64,000 nucleotides of DNA from contig CAVURN010000001.1 of NCBI GenBank assembly GCA_963743915.1, forward strand, positions 672,001 to 736,000, read 5' to 3'. The DNA comes from an uncultured Actinomycetota bacterium (lineage in GTDB: Bacteria; Actinomycetota; Actinomycetes; JAHEKZ01). Below are positions 55,793-64,000 of the stretch, piece after piece (the stretch's first letter is position 1; each line of letters opens with the position of its first letter). Below the pieces are notes generated by a model. It made no database searches. It saw nothing but the letters and a program-made list of their open reading frames with translations, and was not told the DNA's origin. The position numbers and the translations under genes were made by a program.

Positions 55793-56611
55793 ATGGCGAA
55801 CTTCACCGCCGCCGACGTCAAGCGGCTCCGCGAGTCCACCGGCGCGGGGATGATGGACAGCAAGAAGGCTCTCGAGGAGGCTGACGGCGACTTCGACCAG
55901 GCGGTCGAGCTGCTGCGGATCAAGGGGGCCAAGAGCCTCGGCAAGCGCGCCGAGCGCACCGCGGCCAACGGACTCGTGGCGGCTGTCGACGACGCCCTCG
56001 TCGAGCTGAACTGCGAGACCGACTTCGTCGCCAAGAACGACCAGTTCCAGGCGCTCGGCCAGCAGGTCGCGCAGGCGGCGGCGACCAGCCGGGCGGCGTC
56101 GGCCGAGGCGTTGGCCGCCACGACCCTCCCGGACGGCCAGACGGTCCAGCAGGCCATCGACGCGCTGGCCGCCGTCATCGGCGAGAAGCTGGTGCTCGGC
56201 CGGGTGGCGGTGTTCGACGGCCCCACCGTCGTCTACCTGCACCGGCGGGCGAGCGACCTGCCGCCGTCCGTGGGTGTGATGGTCGGGTACACCGGAGGCG
56301 ACGAGGCTGCGGCCCGAGGGGCTGCCATGCAGGTGGCGGCCATGCGTCCCCAGTACCTCACGCGCGACGAGGTCCCCGCCGACGTGGTGGAGAACGAGCG
56401 TCGGATCGCCGAGGCCACGGCCCGTGAGGAGGGCAAGCCCGAGCAGGCCCTGTCCAAGATCGTCGAGGGTCGGGTCACCGGCTTCTTCAAGCAGGTCGTG
56501 CTGCTCGACCAGCCGAGCGTCCAGGACCAGAAGCGCAGCGTGCAGCAGGTGCTGGCCGACTCCGGGGTGACCCTCACCCGGTTTGCCCGTTTCGAGGTCG
56601 GCGAAGCCTGA
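55793..56611 (+). CDS. tsf: Elongation factor Ts
   Basis: [28 protein letters not shown]; RBS GAGAGGA. Confidence 0.96.
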   Translation: MANFTAADVKRLRESTGAGMMDSKKALEEADGDFDQAVELLRIKGAKSLGKRAERTAANGLVAAVDDALVELNCETDFVAKNDQFQALGQQVAQAAATSRAASAEALAATTLPDGQTVQQAIDALAAVIGEKLVLGRVAVFDGPTVVYLHRRASDLPPSVGVMVGYTGGDEAAARGAAMQVAAMRPQYLTRDEVPADVVENERRIAEATAREEGKPEQALSKIVEGRVTGFFKQVVLLDQPSVQDQKRSVQQVLADSGVTLTRFARFEVGEA

Positions 56612-56623
56612 GGCACACTCTGT

Positions 56624-56671
56624 GTCACCCGGGGCAGGGGGTCACCCGGGGCGGGGGTCACCCGGGGCAGG
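56624..56671 (+). repeat. G-rich tandem repeat, 3 x ~16 bp
   Basis: GTCACCCGGGGCAGGGG / GTCACCCGGGGCGGGG / GTCACCCGGGGCAGG. Confidence 0.8.
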
Positions 56672-56704
56672 ATCTCACCGGCACCCGTCGACGAAGGAGC
56701 ACCG

Positions 56705-57439
56705 ATGAGCGAGCCAGGCGCGGAGCGGTCGTACCAACGGGTGCTCCTGAAGCTCTCGGGTGAGGCCTTCGCCGGAGACGGCGGACTCGGTGTCGACCCC
56801 GACGTGGTCGCCACCATCGCCCAGCAGATCGCCGACGTGGTCGCCGCCGGGGCGCAGGTCGCCGTCGTCATCGGCGGTGGCAACTACTTCCGCGGGGCCG
56901 AGCTCTCCCAGCGCGGGATGGACCGCTCCCGCGCGGACTACATGGGCATGCTCGGCACCGTCATGAACTGTCTGGCGCTCCAGGACTTCCTGGAGAAGCG
57001 CGGTGTCGAGACCCGGGTGCAGACCGCCATCACGATGGGCCAGGTCGCCGAGCCGTACGTCCCGCGTCGGGCCATCCGCCATCTGGAGAAGGGCCGGGTC
57101 GTGATCTTCGGGGCCGGCCTCGGCGCACCCTACTTCTCGACCGACACGACCGCCGCCCAGCGCGCACTGGAGATCTCCGCTGAGGTCGTGCTGATGGCCA
57201 AGAGTGTCGACGGCGTCTACGACGACGACCCGAAGACGAACCCCGCCGCCGTCCGCTTCGACCGCGTCAGCTTCGACGAGGCCCTCGCGCGCGAGCTGAA
57301 GGTGGCCGATGCCACGGCCTTCAGCCTGTGCCGCGACAACGACCTGCCGATCATCGTGTTCAACCTGCTGGAGGAGGGCAACATCGCCCGGGCCATCCGG
57401 GGTGAGAAGATCGGCACGCTCGTCGCGCAGGAGGCCTGA
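56705..57439 (+). CDS. pyrH: UMP kinase
   Basis: [31 protein letters not shown]. Confidence 0.97.
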   Translation: MSEPGAERSYQRVLLKLSGEAFAGDGGLGVDPDVVATIAQQIADVVAAGAQVAVVIGGGNYFRGAELSQRGMDRSRADYMGMLGTVMNCLALQDFLEKRGVETRVQTAITMGQVAEPYVPRRAIRHLEKGRVVIFGAGLGAPYFSTDTTAAQRALEISAEVVLMAKSVDGVYDDDPKTNPAAVRFDRVSFDEALARELKVADATAFSLCRDNDLPIIVFNLLEEGNIARAIRGEKIGTLVAQEA

Positions 57440-57491
57440 GCGTCGTGCGTGGTGACCGTGGAGCACAGCCGAGCAACGAGAGTGGGAGCCG

Positions 57492-58049
57492 ATGATCGCC
57501 GACACGCTGCGTGAGGCCGAGGAGAAGATGGGCAAGGCCGTGGCCGTCGCCAAGGAGGACTTCGCCTCGATCCGCACCGGCCGGGCCAACCCGGCGATGT
57601 TCAACAAGATCCTCGCCGACTACTACGGCAGCCCGACCCCGGTGAACCAGCTGGCGTCGTTCCACTCACCCGAGCCGTCGCTGATGGTGGTGACGCCCTA
57701 CGACAAGGGTGCGCTTGCGGCGATCGAGCGGGCCATCCGCGACTCCGACCTCGGCGTCAACCCGGTCGACGACGGAACGGTCATCCGGATCGCGTTCCCC
57801 GCCCTGACCGAGGAGCGCCGCAAGGAGTTCATCAAGGTCGCCAAGCACAAGGCAGAGGACGCCAGGGTCTCGGTGCGGAACGTCCGGCGTCACGCCAAGG
57901 ACCACCTCGACCGGCTGCAGAAGGACGGTGAGGTGGGCGAGGACGACGTGCGTCGGGCCGAGAAGCAGCTCGACGACCTCACGCACCGGTACACCACCCA
58001 GGTCGACGACCTGCTCAAGCACAAGGAAGCCGAGCTTCTCGAGGTCTGA
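57492..58049 (+). CDS. frr: Ribosome recycling factor
   Basis: [27 protein letters not shown]. Confidence 0.97.
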   Translation: MIADTLREAEEKMGKAVAVAKEDFASIRTGRANPAMFNKILADYYGSPTPVNQLASFHSPEPSLMVVTPYDKGALAAIERAIRDSDLGVNPVDDGTVIRIAFPALTEERRKEFIKVAKHKAEDARVSVRNVRRHAKDHLDRLQKDGEVGEDDVRRAEKQLDDLTHRYTTQVDDLLKHKEAELLEV

Positions 58050-58945
58050 TGGCGGAGGCACCCGGCGCCGCACCAACGGGCGAGTCGTCGTCAGCCGTGG
58101 GAAGGGCCCGCTCAGGTGGCGACGCCCCTCGCCGGGCGGGCCGCAACGTCCCCGTCGCGACCGCGGTCGGCGTGACACTCGCGGCGTTGGTGCTCGTCAG
58201 TCTGTACACGGTGGTGGAGGCCTTCGTCGTCCTGGTGACGCTGGCCGTGGTGATCGGTGTCTACGAGGTGTGCCACGTGCTGGCGAGCAGGGACATCGTC
58301 GTCCCTGTCGTTCCCCTCATGGTGGGCGGTGCCGCGATGGTGGTGGCCGCCTACGCCGACGGGACGGATGCCCTGTCGGTGACCCTCGCGCTGACCGTCC
58401 TCACGGTGGCGGCGGCGAGGATCACCTCACCGCTGGAGCTGCCACCCGAACGCCTGGTCCCCGATCTGATGGTGAGCGCCTTCGTGGCGGTGTACGTCCC
58501 GCTGCTGGCCGCATCAGCGGTGCTGATGGCGGCGTCGGACGACGGACCTGATCGCGTCGTCGTCTTCATCCTGGCCGTGGTGCTCAGCGACACCGGTGGG
58601 TTCGCCGCCGGCGTCCGCTTCGGCAAGCACCCTCTCGCCCCTTCGGTCAGCCCCAAGAAGTCCTGGGAGGGACTGGCGGGCTCGGTGGTGGCAGCGACGG
58701 TCGGGTCGGCCGTCGCGGTGCCGCTGCTGCTCGGAGCGCAGTGGTGGCAAGGCGCGCTGGTGGGCCTCGTCGCCGTCGCGACCGCGACTGCGGGAGACCT
58801 GGCGGAGTCGCTGCTGAAGCGAGACCTCGGCGTCAAGGACATGGGGCGACTGCTGCCGGAGCACGGCGGGATCATGGACCGCCTCGACTCGCTGCTGCCC
58901 ACCGCACCGGTCATGGCGCTGGTGCTGGCCGCCATCCTCGGCTGA
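58049..58945 (+). CDS. cdsA: Phosphatidate cytidylyltransferase
   Basis: SDTGG, SPKKSWEG, GDLAESLLKR, KDMG..LPEHGGIMDRLDS. Confidence 0.95.
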   Translation: MAEAPGAAPTGESSSAVGRARSGGDAPRRAGRNVPVATAVGVTLAALVLVSLYTVVEAFVVLVTLAVVIGVYEVCHVLASRDIVVPVVPLMVGGAAMVVAAYADGTDALSVTLALTVLTVAAARITSPLELPPERLVPDLMVSAFVAVYVPLLAASAVLMAASDDGPDRVVVFILAVVLSDTGGFAAGVRFGKHPLAPSVSPKKSWEGLAGSVVAATVGSAVAVPLLLGAQWWQGALVGLVAVATATAGDLAESLLKRDLGVKDMGRLLPEHGGIMDRLDSLLPTAPVMALVLAAILG

Positions 58946-59013
58946 TGCGACCCGTGGCGACGCTCGGGCCAGGCCTGCCCACCGAGGCGACGGTGATCGC
59001 CGATAATGCGCGG

Positions 59014-59643
59014 GTGACCTTGGCCGCGAAGGACCCCGACGAGCGTCGCCGACGGATCCTCGCCGCGGCGATCGCGGTGCTGCGCGACCGGGGTTTCACC
59101 GGCACCCGGGTCGCCGACATCGCGACCACCGCAGGCACCAGCCCGGCGCTGGTCCTCTACCACTTCAGCAGTCTGGCGGACGTGCTGGTGGCCGCCCTCG
59201 AGTCGGTCGAGGACGACTACTACGAGGGGCTCGGGGACGGGGCGGACCTGGACCCGCGTGACCGTCTCGTCCAGCTGGCCCAGACGTCGGCGGAGGGTGG
59301 TCCGGCCTTCGGTGACTGGCGGCTCTGGATCGAGGTGTGGGTGCGTTCCCTGCACGACGACCGGATCGACGCCCTCCGACGCGCGTCGGACCGACGGTGG
59401 CGCGACGAGATCACCGCGACGGTTCGGGCAGGGGTGGACCAAGGGCTCTTCGCGTCCGCCGACCCCGACCGGACCGGGCTGCGGATCGCCTGTCTGATGG
59501 ATGGTCTCGCGGTGCAGACCGTCCTCGGAGGCTCTGACCTCACGCCCGGCTCCATGGCGCGGGAATGGTTGAGGGGCGTCGCTCATGAGCTCAGCACCGA
59601 CCCGGACGCCCTGCTGACTCGGGCGGGTCCGCATGGTGCCTGA
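59014..59643 (+). CDS. TetR (BetI-like) transcriptional regulator
   Basis: RRRILAAA...[23 protein letters not shown]; GATAAT 6 nt before GTG. Confidence 0.88.
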   Translation: MTLAAKDPDERRRRILAAAIAVLRDRGFTGTRVADIATTAGTSPALVLYHFSSLADVLVAALESVEDDYYEGLGDGADLDPRDRLVQLAQTSAEGGPAFGDWRLWIEVWVRSLHDDRIDALRRASDRRWRDEITATVRAGVDQGLFASADPDRTGLRIACLMDGLAVQTVLGGSDLTPGSMAREWLRGVAHELSTDPDALLTRAGPHGA

Positions 59644-60748
59644 GCCCGGCGAGCTGACGCTCGACGCCCCCCGCGGCACGAAGCCCCCTCGACACCTGGC
59701 CGACCTGTCGGTCGACGCCCGACGTGAGTGGCTGGTCGAGCTCGGTCAGCCCGCCTACCGAGCGGACCAGCTCTCCCGCCACTACTTCGAGCGTCATGTG
59801 GTCGACCCGGCGGCGATGACCGACCTGCCGGCGGTCGAGCGCGCCGAGCTGGTGCAGCAGGTGTTGCCGCCGCTCCTGACCCCGGTCCGCTCGCTCACCT
59901 GCGACCGGGGAGCCACGGTCAAGAACGTCGTCCGGCTGTTCGACGGGGCCGTGGTCGAGAGCGTGCTCATGCGCTACCCCGACCGCGTCACCGTGTGCGT
60001 CTCCTCGCAGGCCGGCTGCGGCATGAACTGCCCGTTCTGCGCTACGGGCCAGGCCGGGCTCACGCGCAACCTGTCGACGGCGGAGATCGTCGAGCAGGTG
60101 GTGGCGGGTGCTCGGCTGCTCGACTCCGGCGACGTGCCCGGCGGCGCGGGTCGGGTGTCGAACGTGGTCTTCATGGGCATGGGGGAGCCGCTGGCGAACT
60201 ACCGAGCGGTGCTCGACGCCGTGCGGCGCCTGACCGACCCTCCGCCTGCTGGTCTCGGGATCTCGGCCCGTGCGGTCACCGTGTCGACGGTGGGGCTCGT
60301 CCCCGCGATGGAGCGGCTGACGGGCGAGGGCATCCCGGTGACGCTGGCGTTGTCGCTCCACGCACCCGACGACGAGCTCCGCGACACGCTCGTCCCGCTG
60401 AACACCCGCTGGCCGGTGGCGAAGGTGCTGGACGCTGCGTGGGGCTACGCCGAGGCCACCGGGCGACGGGTGTCGATCGAGTACGCGCTGATCCGCGACG
60501 TCAACGACCAGCCGTGGCGTGGTCACCTGCTCGGTGCGCTGCTGAAGGGTCACCTGGTGCACGTCAACGTCATTCCGCTCAACCCGACACCCGGCTCGCA
60601 GTGGACGGCCTCCACCCCGGAGGCCGAGCGCGAGTTCGTCAGCAGGATCGAGGCGCACGGCGTCCCGGTGACCGTGCGCGACACGCGCGGTCGGGAGATC
60701 GACGGCGCGTGCGGACAGCTGGCCGCCACCCTGGAGGAGAATCCGTGA
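59633..60748 (+). CDS. rlmN: 23S rRNA m2A2503 methyltransferase
   Basis: [34 protein letters not shown]. Confidence 0.96.
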   Translation: MVPEPGELTLDAPRGTKPPRHLADLSVDARREWLVELGQPAYRADQLSRHYFERHVVDPAAMTDLPAVERAELVQQVLPPLLTPVRSLTCDRGATVKNVVRLFDGAVVESVLMRYPDRVTVCVSSQAGCGMNCPFCATGQAGLTRNLSTAEIVEQVVAGARLLDSGDVPGGAGRVSNVVFMGMGEPLANYRAVLDAVRRLTDPPPAGLGISARAVTVSTVGLVPAMERLTGEGIPVTLALSLHAPDDELRDTLVPLNTRWPVAKVLDAAWGYAEATGRRVSIEYALIRDVNDQPWRGHLLGALLKGHLVHVNVIPLNPTPGSQWTASTPEAEREFVSRIEAHGVPVTVRDTRGREIDGACGQLAATLEENP

Positions 60749-61305
60749 GCGCGCACGACACCGCAGGTGACCACGCGTCCAGCGCGGGGCCGCGACAGGT
60801 GGCCGCCACGTTGCTGCGCATCGTCGTCGCCGTCGGCGGGCTGCTGCTGGTGTACTTCGAGATGCCGTTGGGCGCCGACGACGACCTCGTGCTCGGGCTG
60901 GTCGCGGTGGCGGTGGGGGTGCTCGCGTTCGGCGTGGTCTTCGTCCGACAGGTGCGGCGCATCCGCAGCGCGGAGTACCCGATGCTGCGTGCCGTCGAGT
61001 CCACCGCTCTGGTCGGGTGCCTCTTCGTCGTCGTCGTGGCGTCGATCCACTACACCCTGTGGTTCGCGGACCACACCAGCTACAGCGAGGACCTGAGCCG
61101 GCTCGACGCGTTGTACTTCACCGTCACCACGCTCGCCACGGTCGGGTTCGGGGACATCACCCCGACGAGCACCTTGACGCGGACGGTCACCACCGTGCTG
61201 ATCGTCCTCGGGGTCGCCCTGCTCGGCGCGGGCGTGCGGGTCCTGATCGGAGTGGCGTCGCAGGTGAACGAGGAGCGCCGCGGACGCGCGAGTCCGCCGG
61301 CCTGA
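60745..61305 (+). CDS. Small potassium channel family protein
   Basis: [20 protein letters not shown] pore/filter flanked by TM helices. Confidence 0.88.
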   Translation: MSAHDTAGDHASSAGPRQVAATLLRIVVAVGGLLLVYFEMPLGADDDLVLGLVAVAVGVLAFGVVFVRQVRRIRSAEYPMLRAVESTALVGCLFVVVVASIHYTLWFADHTSYSEDLSRLDALYFTVTTLATVGFGDITPTSTLTRTVTTVLIVLGVALLGAGVRVLIGVASQVNEERRGRASPPA

Positions 61306-61343
61306 CCCGCCTGCCGGTGGGTGCGCCGGGGGGCGACTTCGTG

Positions 61344-61357
61344 GATTGGATACAATC
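61344..61357. promoter_or_regulatory. Candidate GntR operator overlapping -10 TACAAT
   Basis: GATTGGATACAATC near-palindrome. Confidence 0.6.
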
Positions 61358-61382
61358 TCCACCTGCCGATCGGGAGGTCGAG

Positions 61383-62513
61383 ATGGAACCCGGTGCCTTG
61401 GACGGGGTCGTGGTCGCCGACTTCAGCAGGGTGCTCGCCGGTCCCTACGCCACCATGCTGCTGGCCGACCTCGGTGCCGAGGTGGTCAAGGTGGAGCGAC
61501 CCGGGTCCGGCGACGACACCCGCGCCTGGGGGCCGCCCTGGCGCGGGGAGCAGTCCACGTACTTCGCGTCGGTCAACCGCAACAAGGAGTCGGTGGTCCT
61601 CGACCTGGCGGACGCCGAAGGGCGCGCGCAGGCCTTCGCGCTGGCCGCGCGCGCCGACGTGCTCGTCGAGAACTTCAAGCCGGGTGCGTTCGACCGCCTA
61701 GGTCTCGGGTACGACGCCCTGCAGGCGGCGAACCCAGGGCTGGTCTACTGCTCCATCACTGGCTTCGGCACCACCGGTGGAGCCGACCTGCCCGGCTACG
61801 ACCTGCTCGTGCAGGCGGTCGGCGGCCTGATGAGCATCACGGGGGCATCACCCGAGGAGCCGGTGAAGGTCGGGGTGGCCCTGGTCGACGTCATCACCGG
61901 CCTGCACGCCACGGTCGGGATCCTGGCAGCACTCCACGAGCGGGCCCGCAGCGGTGTCGGCCAGCGGGTCGAGGTGAACCTGCTCTCGTCGCTGCTGTCC
62001 GGCATGGTCAACCAGTCCGCGGGATACGTGGCGGCCGGGTTCGTGCCGACGATCATGGGCAACCGTCACCCCTCGATCGCACCGTACGAGTCCTACCCCA
62101 CGGCAGACACCCCGATGGTGATCGCCGTCGGCAACGACCGGCAGTTCCGCGCGTGCGCGGAGGTGCTCGGGGCGCCGGAGTGGGCCGACGACCCGCGGTT
62201 CGCCACCAACCCGGACCGCGTGCAGCATCGCGACGAGCTCTTCCGGCTGATGTGCGGGCGCCTCGCCGGTGCCGGGGCCGACCACTGGTTCGCGGCGCTC
62301 AGCGCCGTCGGGGTGCCCGCAGGGCCGATCAACGACATGGCCGGTGCCTTTCGGCTCGCCGAGTCCCTGGGTCTCGACCCGGTGGCGACATCGGGGGGAG
62401 AGCCCACGGTGGCCAACCCCATCCGGCTCGGCCGGACACCGGTGCAGTACCGGTCCGCACCCCCGGAGCTGGGGTCGACCGAACTGCCGACGAGCGAGCG
62501 GACCGACGCGTGA
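61383..62513 (+). CDS. CaiB/BaiF class III CoA-transferase
   Basis: RVLAGPYA..LADLGA.V.KVE, NRNK, ENFKPG, PGYD. Confidence 0.93.
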   Translation: MEPGALDGVVVADFSRVLAGPYATMLLADLGAEVVKVERPGSGDDTRAWGPPWRGEQSTYFASVNRNKESVVLDLADAEGRAQAFALAARADVLVENFKPGAFDRLGLGYDALQAANPGLVYCSITGFGTTGGADLPGYDLLVQAVGGLMSITGASPEEPVKVGVALVDVITGLHATVGILAALHERARSGVGQRVEVNLLSSLLSGMVNQSAGYVAAGFVPTIMGNRHPSIAPYESYPTADTPMVIAVGNDRQFRACAEVLGAPEWADDPRFATNPDRVQHRDELFRLMCGRLAGAGADHWFAALSAVGVPAGPINDMAGAFRLAESLGLDPVATSGGEPTVANPIRLGRTPVQYRSAPPELGSTELPTSERTDA

Positions 62514-63178
62514 ACCGCCCCTCGTTCCGCCGTCCTCCGACCGCCCAGGAGGCGGTGCTCGACGAGCTGCGCAGCGCCATCGTCACCGGTGACCTCAAGC
62601 CTGGCGAGCAGGTGCTGCAGGACGCCCTCGCCGAACGGTTCGGAGTCTCACGCGTCCCGCTGCGGGAGGCGCTGAAGATCCTCGAGGGTGAAGGACAGGT
62701 CGTCTACCGACCGCACCGCGGCTACTTCGTGGCCGAGCTCGACCTGGACGACCTCCGCGAGGTCTACCGCATCAGGGACCTGCTGGAGTCCGAGGCAGTG
62801 GCGGTCGCCGTCGCGAGGGTGACGTCCGCCGACGTCGACGCCCTCCAGAGGGCGCTGGAGGACGTCGAGGACGCGGCGGCTGACGGAGACCTGGTCCGGA
62901 TGACCGAGGCCAATCGCCGGTTCCACTTCAGGCTCATCGAGTGCGCGGGGATGCCTCGGTTGTCCAGGCTCGTCCGCATCCTCTGGGACGCGACGGATGT
63001 CTACCGCTCGCTGTACTACGCCGATGACGCCGCTCGGCACGCCGTGCACGACGAGCACCGCGCGGTGCTGGCGGCGGTGCGGGCAGGACGCGCCGACGAG
63101 GCGGTCGACCTGCTCCGCCGCCATCGCCAGCGGGCGGTGGCGGCTCTCGAGCGAGCCCTCGGCGCTGCTCAGCGGTAG
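62510..63178 (+). CDS. GntR (FCD) transcriptional regulator
   Basis: LAERFGVSRVPLREAL, NRRFH, EH. Confidence 0.92.
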   Translation: MNRPSFRRPPTAQEAVLDELRSAIVTGDLKPGEQVLQDALAERFGVSRVPLREALKILEGEGQVVYRPHRGYFVAELDLDDLREVYRIRDLLESEAVAVAVARVTSADVDALQRALEDVEDAAADGDLVRMTEANRRFHFRLIECAGMPRLSRLVRILWDATDVYRSLYYADDAARHAVHDEHRAVLAAVRAGRADEAVDLLRRHRQRAVAALERALGAAQR

Positions 63179-64000
63179 GCGGGGATGCCGGTGACGGCCT
63201 GGCCGACGACGAGCGTGTGGATCTCCTCGGTCCCCTCGTAGGTGAGCACCGACTCGAGGTTGTTGGCGTGGCGGAGCACCGGGTACTCGAGCGTGATCCC
63301 GTTGCCACCCAGGATGGTGCGCGACTCGCGGGCGATCGCCATCGCCTCGCGCACGTTGTTGAGCTTGCCCACCGACACCATCTCGGGGCGGATCTGGCCG
63401 GCGTCCTTCAGTCGTCCCAGGTGCAGGGCGAGCAGGAAGGCCTTGTCGAGCTCGACGGTCATGTCCGCAAGCTTCTTCTGGGTCAGCTGGAAGCCGGCGA
63501 TGGGTCGGTCGAACTGCTCCCGGTTGATCGAGTAGTCGATCGCCGTCTCGAGACAGTCCCGCGCTGCTCCGACCACGCCGAAGACGATCCCGAAGCGCGC
63601 CTCGGACAGGCACGAGAGCGGTCCCTTGAGCCCGGTCACCTCCGGCAGGACCGCGTCCGCGGGGAGCCGGACATCCTCGAGCACCAGCTCGCTGGTGATG
63701 GACGCGCGCAGGCTCAGCTTGCTCTTGATGACGGGCGCCGAGAAGCCGGCGGTGTCAGTGGGGACGACGAACCCGCGGATCCCCTCGTCGGTCTGGGCCC
63801 AGACCACGGCAACGTCCGCGACGGCCCCGTTGGTGATCCACATCTTGGTGCCGTTCAGCACCCAGTCGGTGCCGTCCCGCTTGGCGACCGTGCGCATCCC
63901 TGAGGGGTTGGAACCGAAGTCCGGCTCGGTCAGGCCGAAACAGCCGATCGCCTCGCCAGTGGCCATGCGCGGCAGCCACTGCTGCTTCTGCTCCTCCGAC
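63169..64000 (-). CDS. Acyl-CoA dehydrogenase (glutaryl-CoA dehydrogenase-like), 5' truncated
   Basis: CFGLTEPDFGSNP, GTKMWITNG, RHANNLESVLTYEGT. Confidence 0.92.
   Translation of the reverse strand, partial: SEEQKQQWLPRMATGEAIGCFGLTEPDFGSNPSGMRTVAKRDGTDWVLNGTKMWITNGAVADVAVVWAQTDEGIRGFVVPTDTAGFSAPVIKSKLSLRASITSELVLEDVRLPADAVLPEVTGLKGPLSCLSEARFGIVFGVVGAARDCLETAIDYSINREQFDRPIAGFQLTQKKLADMTVELDKAFLLALHLGRLKDAGQIRPEMVSVGKLNNVREAMAIARESRTILGGNGITLEYPVLRHANNLESVLTYEGTEEIHTLVVGQAVTGIPAYR

Overview
High-GC actinomycete (class Actinomycetes) chromosome segment, almost all conserved core backbone. It contains branched-chain amino-acid genes (ilvD, ilvBNC, leuB, ilvE, cimA, leuCD, ndgR-type IclR), serA, gltX with tRNA-Gln and tRNA-Glu, hup-cofC-gpsA-ddl-thiL-rpmB-recG-coaD-sepIVA-rpmF-rnc-mutM-smc-ftsY-ffh, the rpsP-khpA-rimM-trmD-rplS-lepB cluster, rnhB-yraN-comM-dprA-xerC-whiG, rpsB-tsf-pyrH-frr-cdsA-rlmN, and a CoA-transferase/GntR/acyl-CoA dehydrogenase module. 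About ten indel sites break otherwise intact genes (serA, cimA, trmD, rpsP, lepB, rpsB), most likely assembly errors; the apparent rpsB-tsf fusion is probably one of them. I saw no CRISPR array, prophage or IS. The most interesting signals are mostly non-coding: (1) the same promoter architecture (two TCC[A/C]CA, DnaA-box-like hexamers 26 bp apart, a 15/17-identical extended motif, 39-40 bp to the -10) upstream of both the yraN-comM-dprA DNA-processing operon and a secreted M23 peptidase, a candidate competence-type regulon; (2) a DUF222-HNH gene whose perfect LexA box covers an apparent leaderless ACG start; (3) a WhiG sigma factor with a histone-like AKK-repeat N-terminus; (4) an Ile/Val attenuator plus three candidate NdgR operators; (5) pervasive leaderless genes; (6) a collapsed methyltransferase pseudogene next to tRNA-Glu. 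Family assignments come from motif recognition, not database searches.
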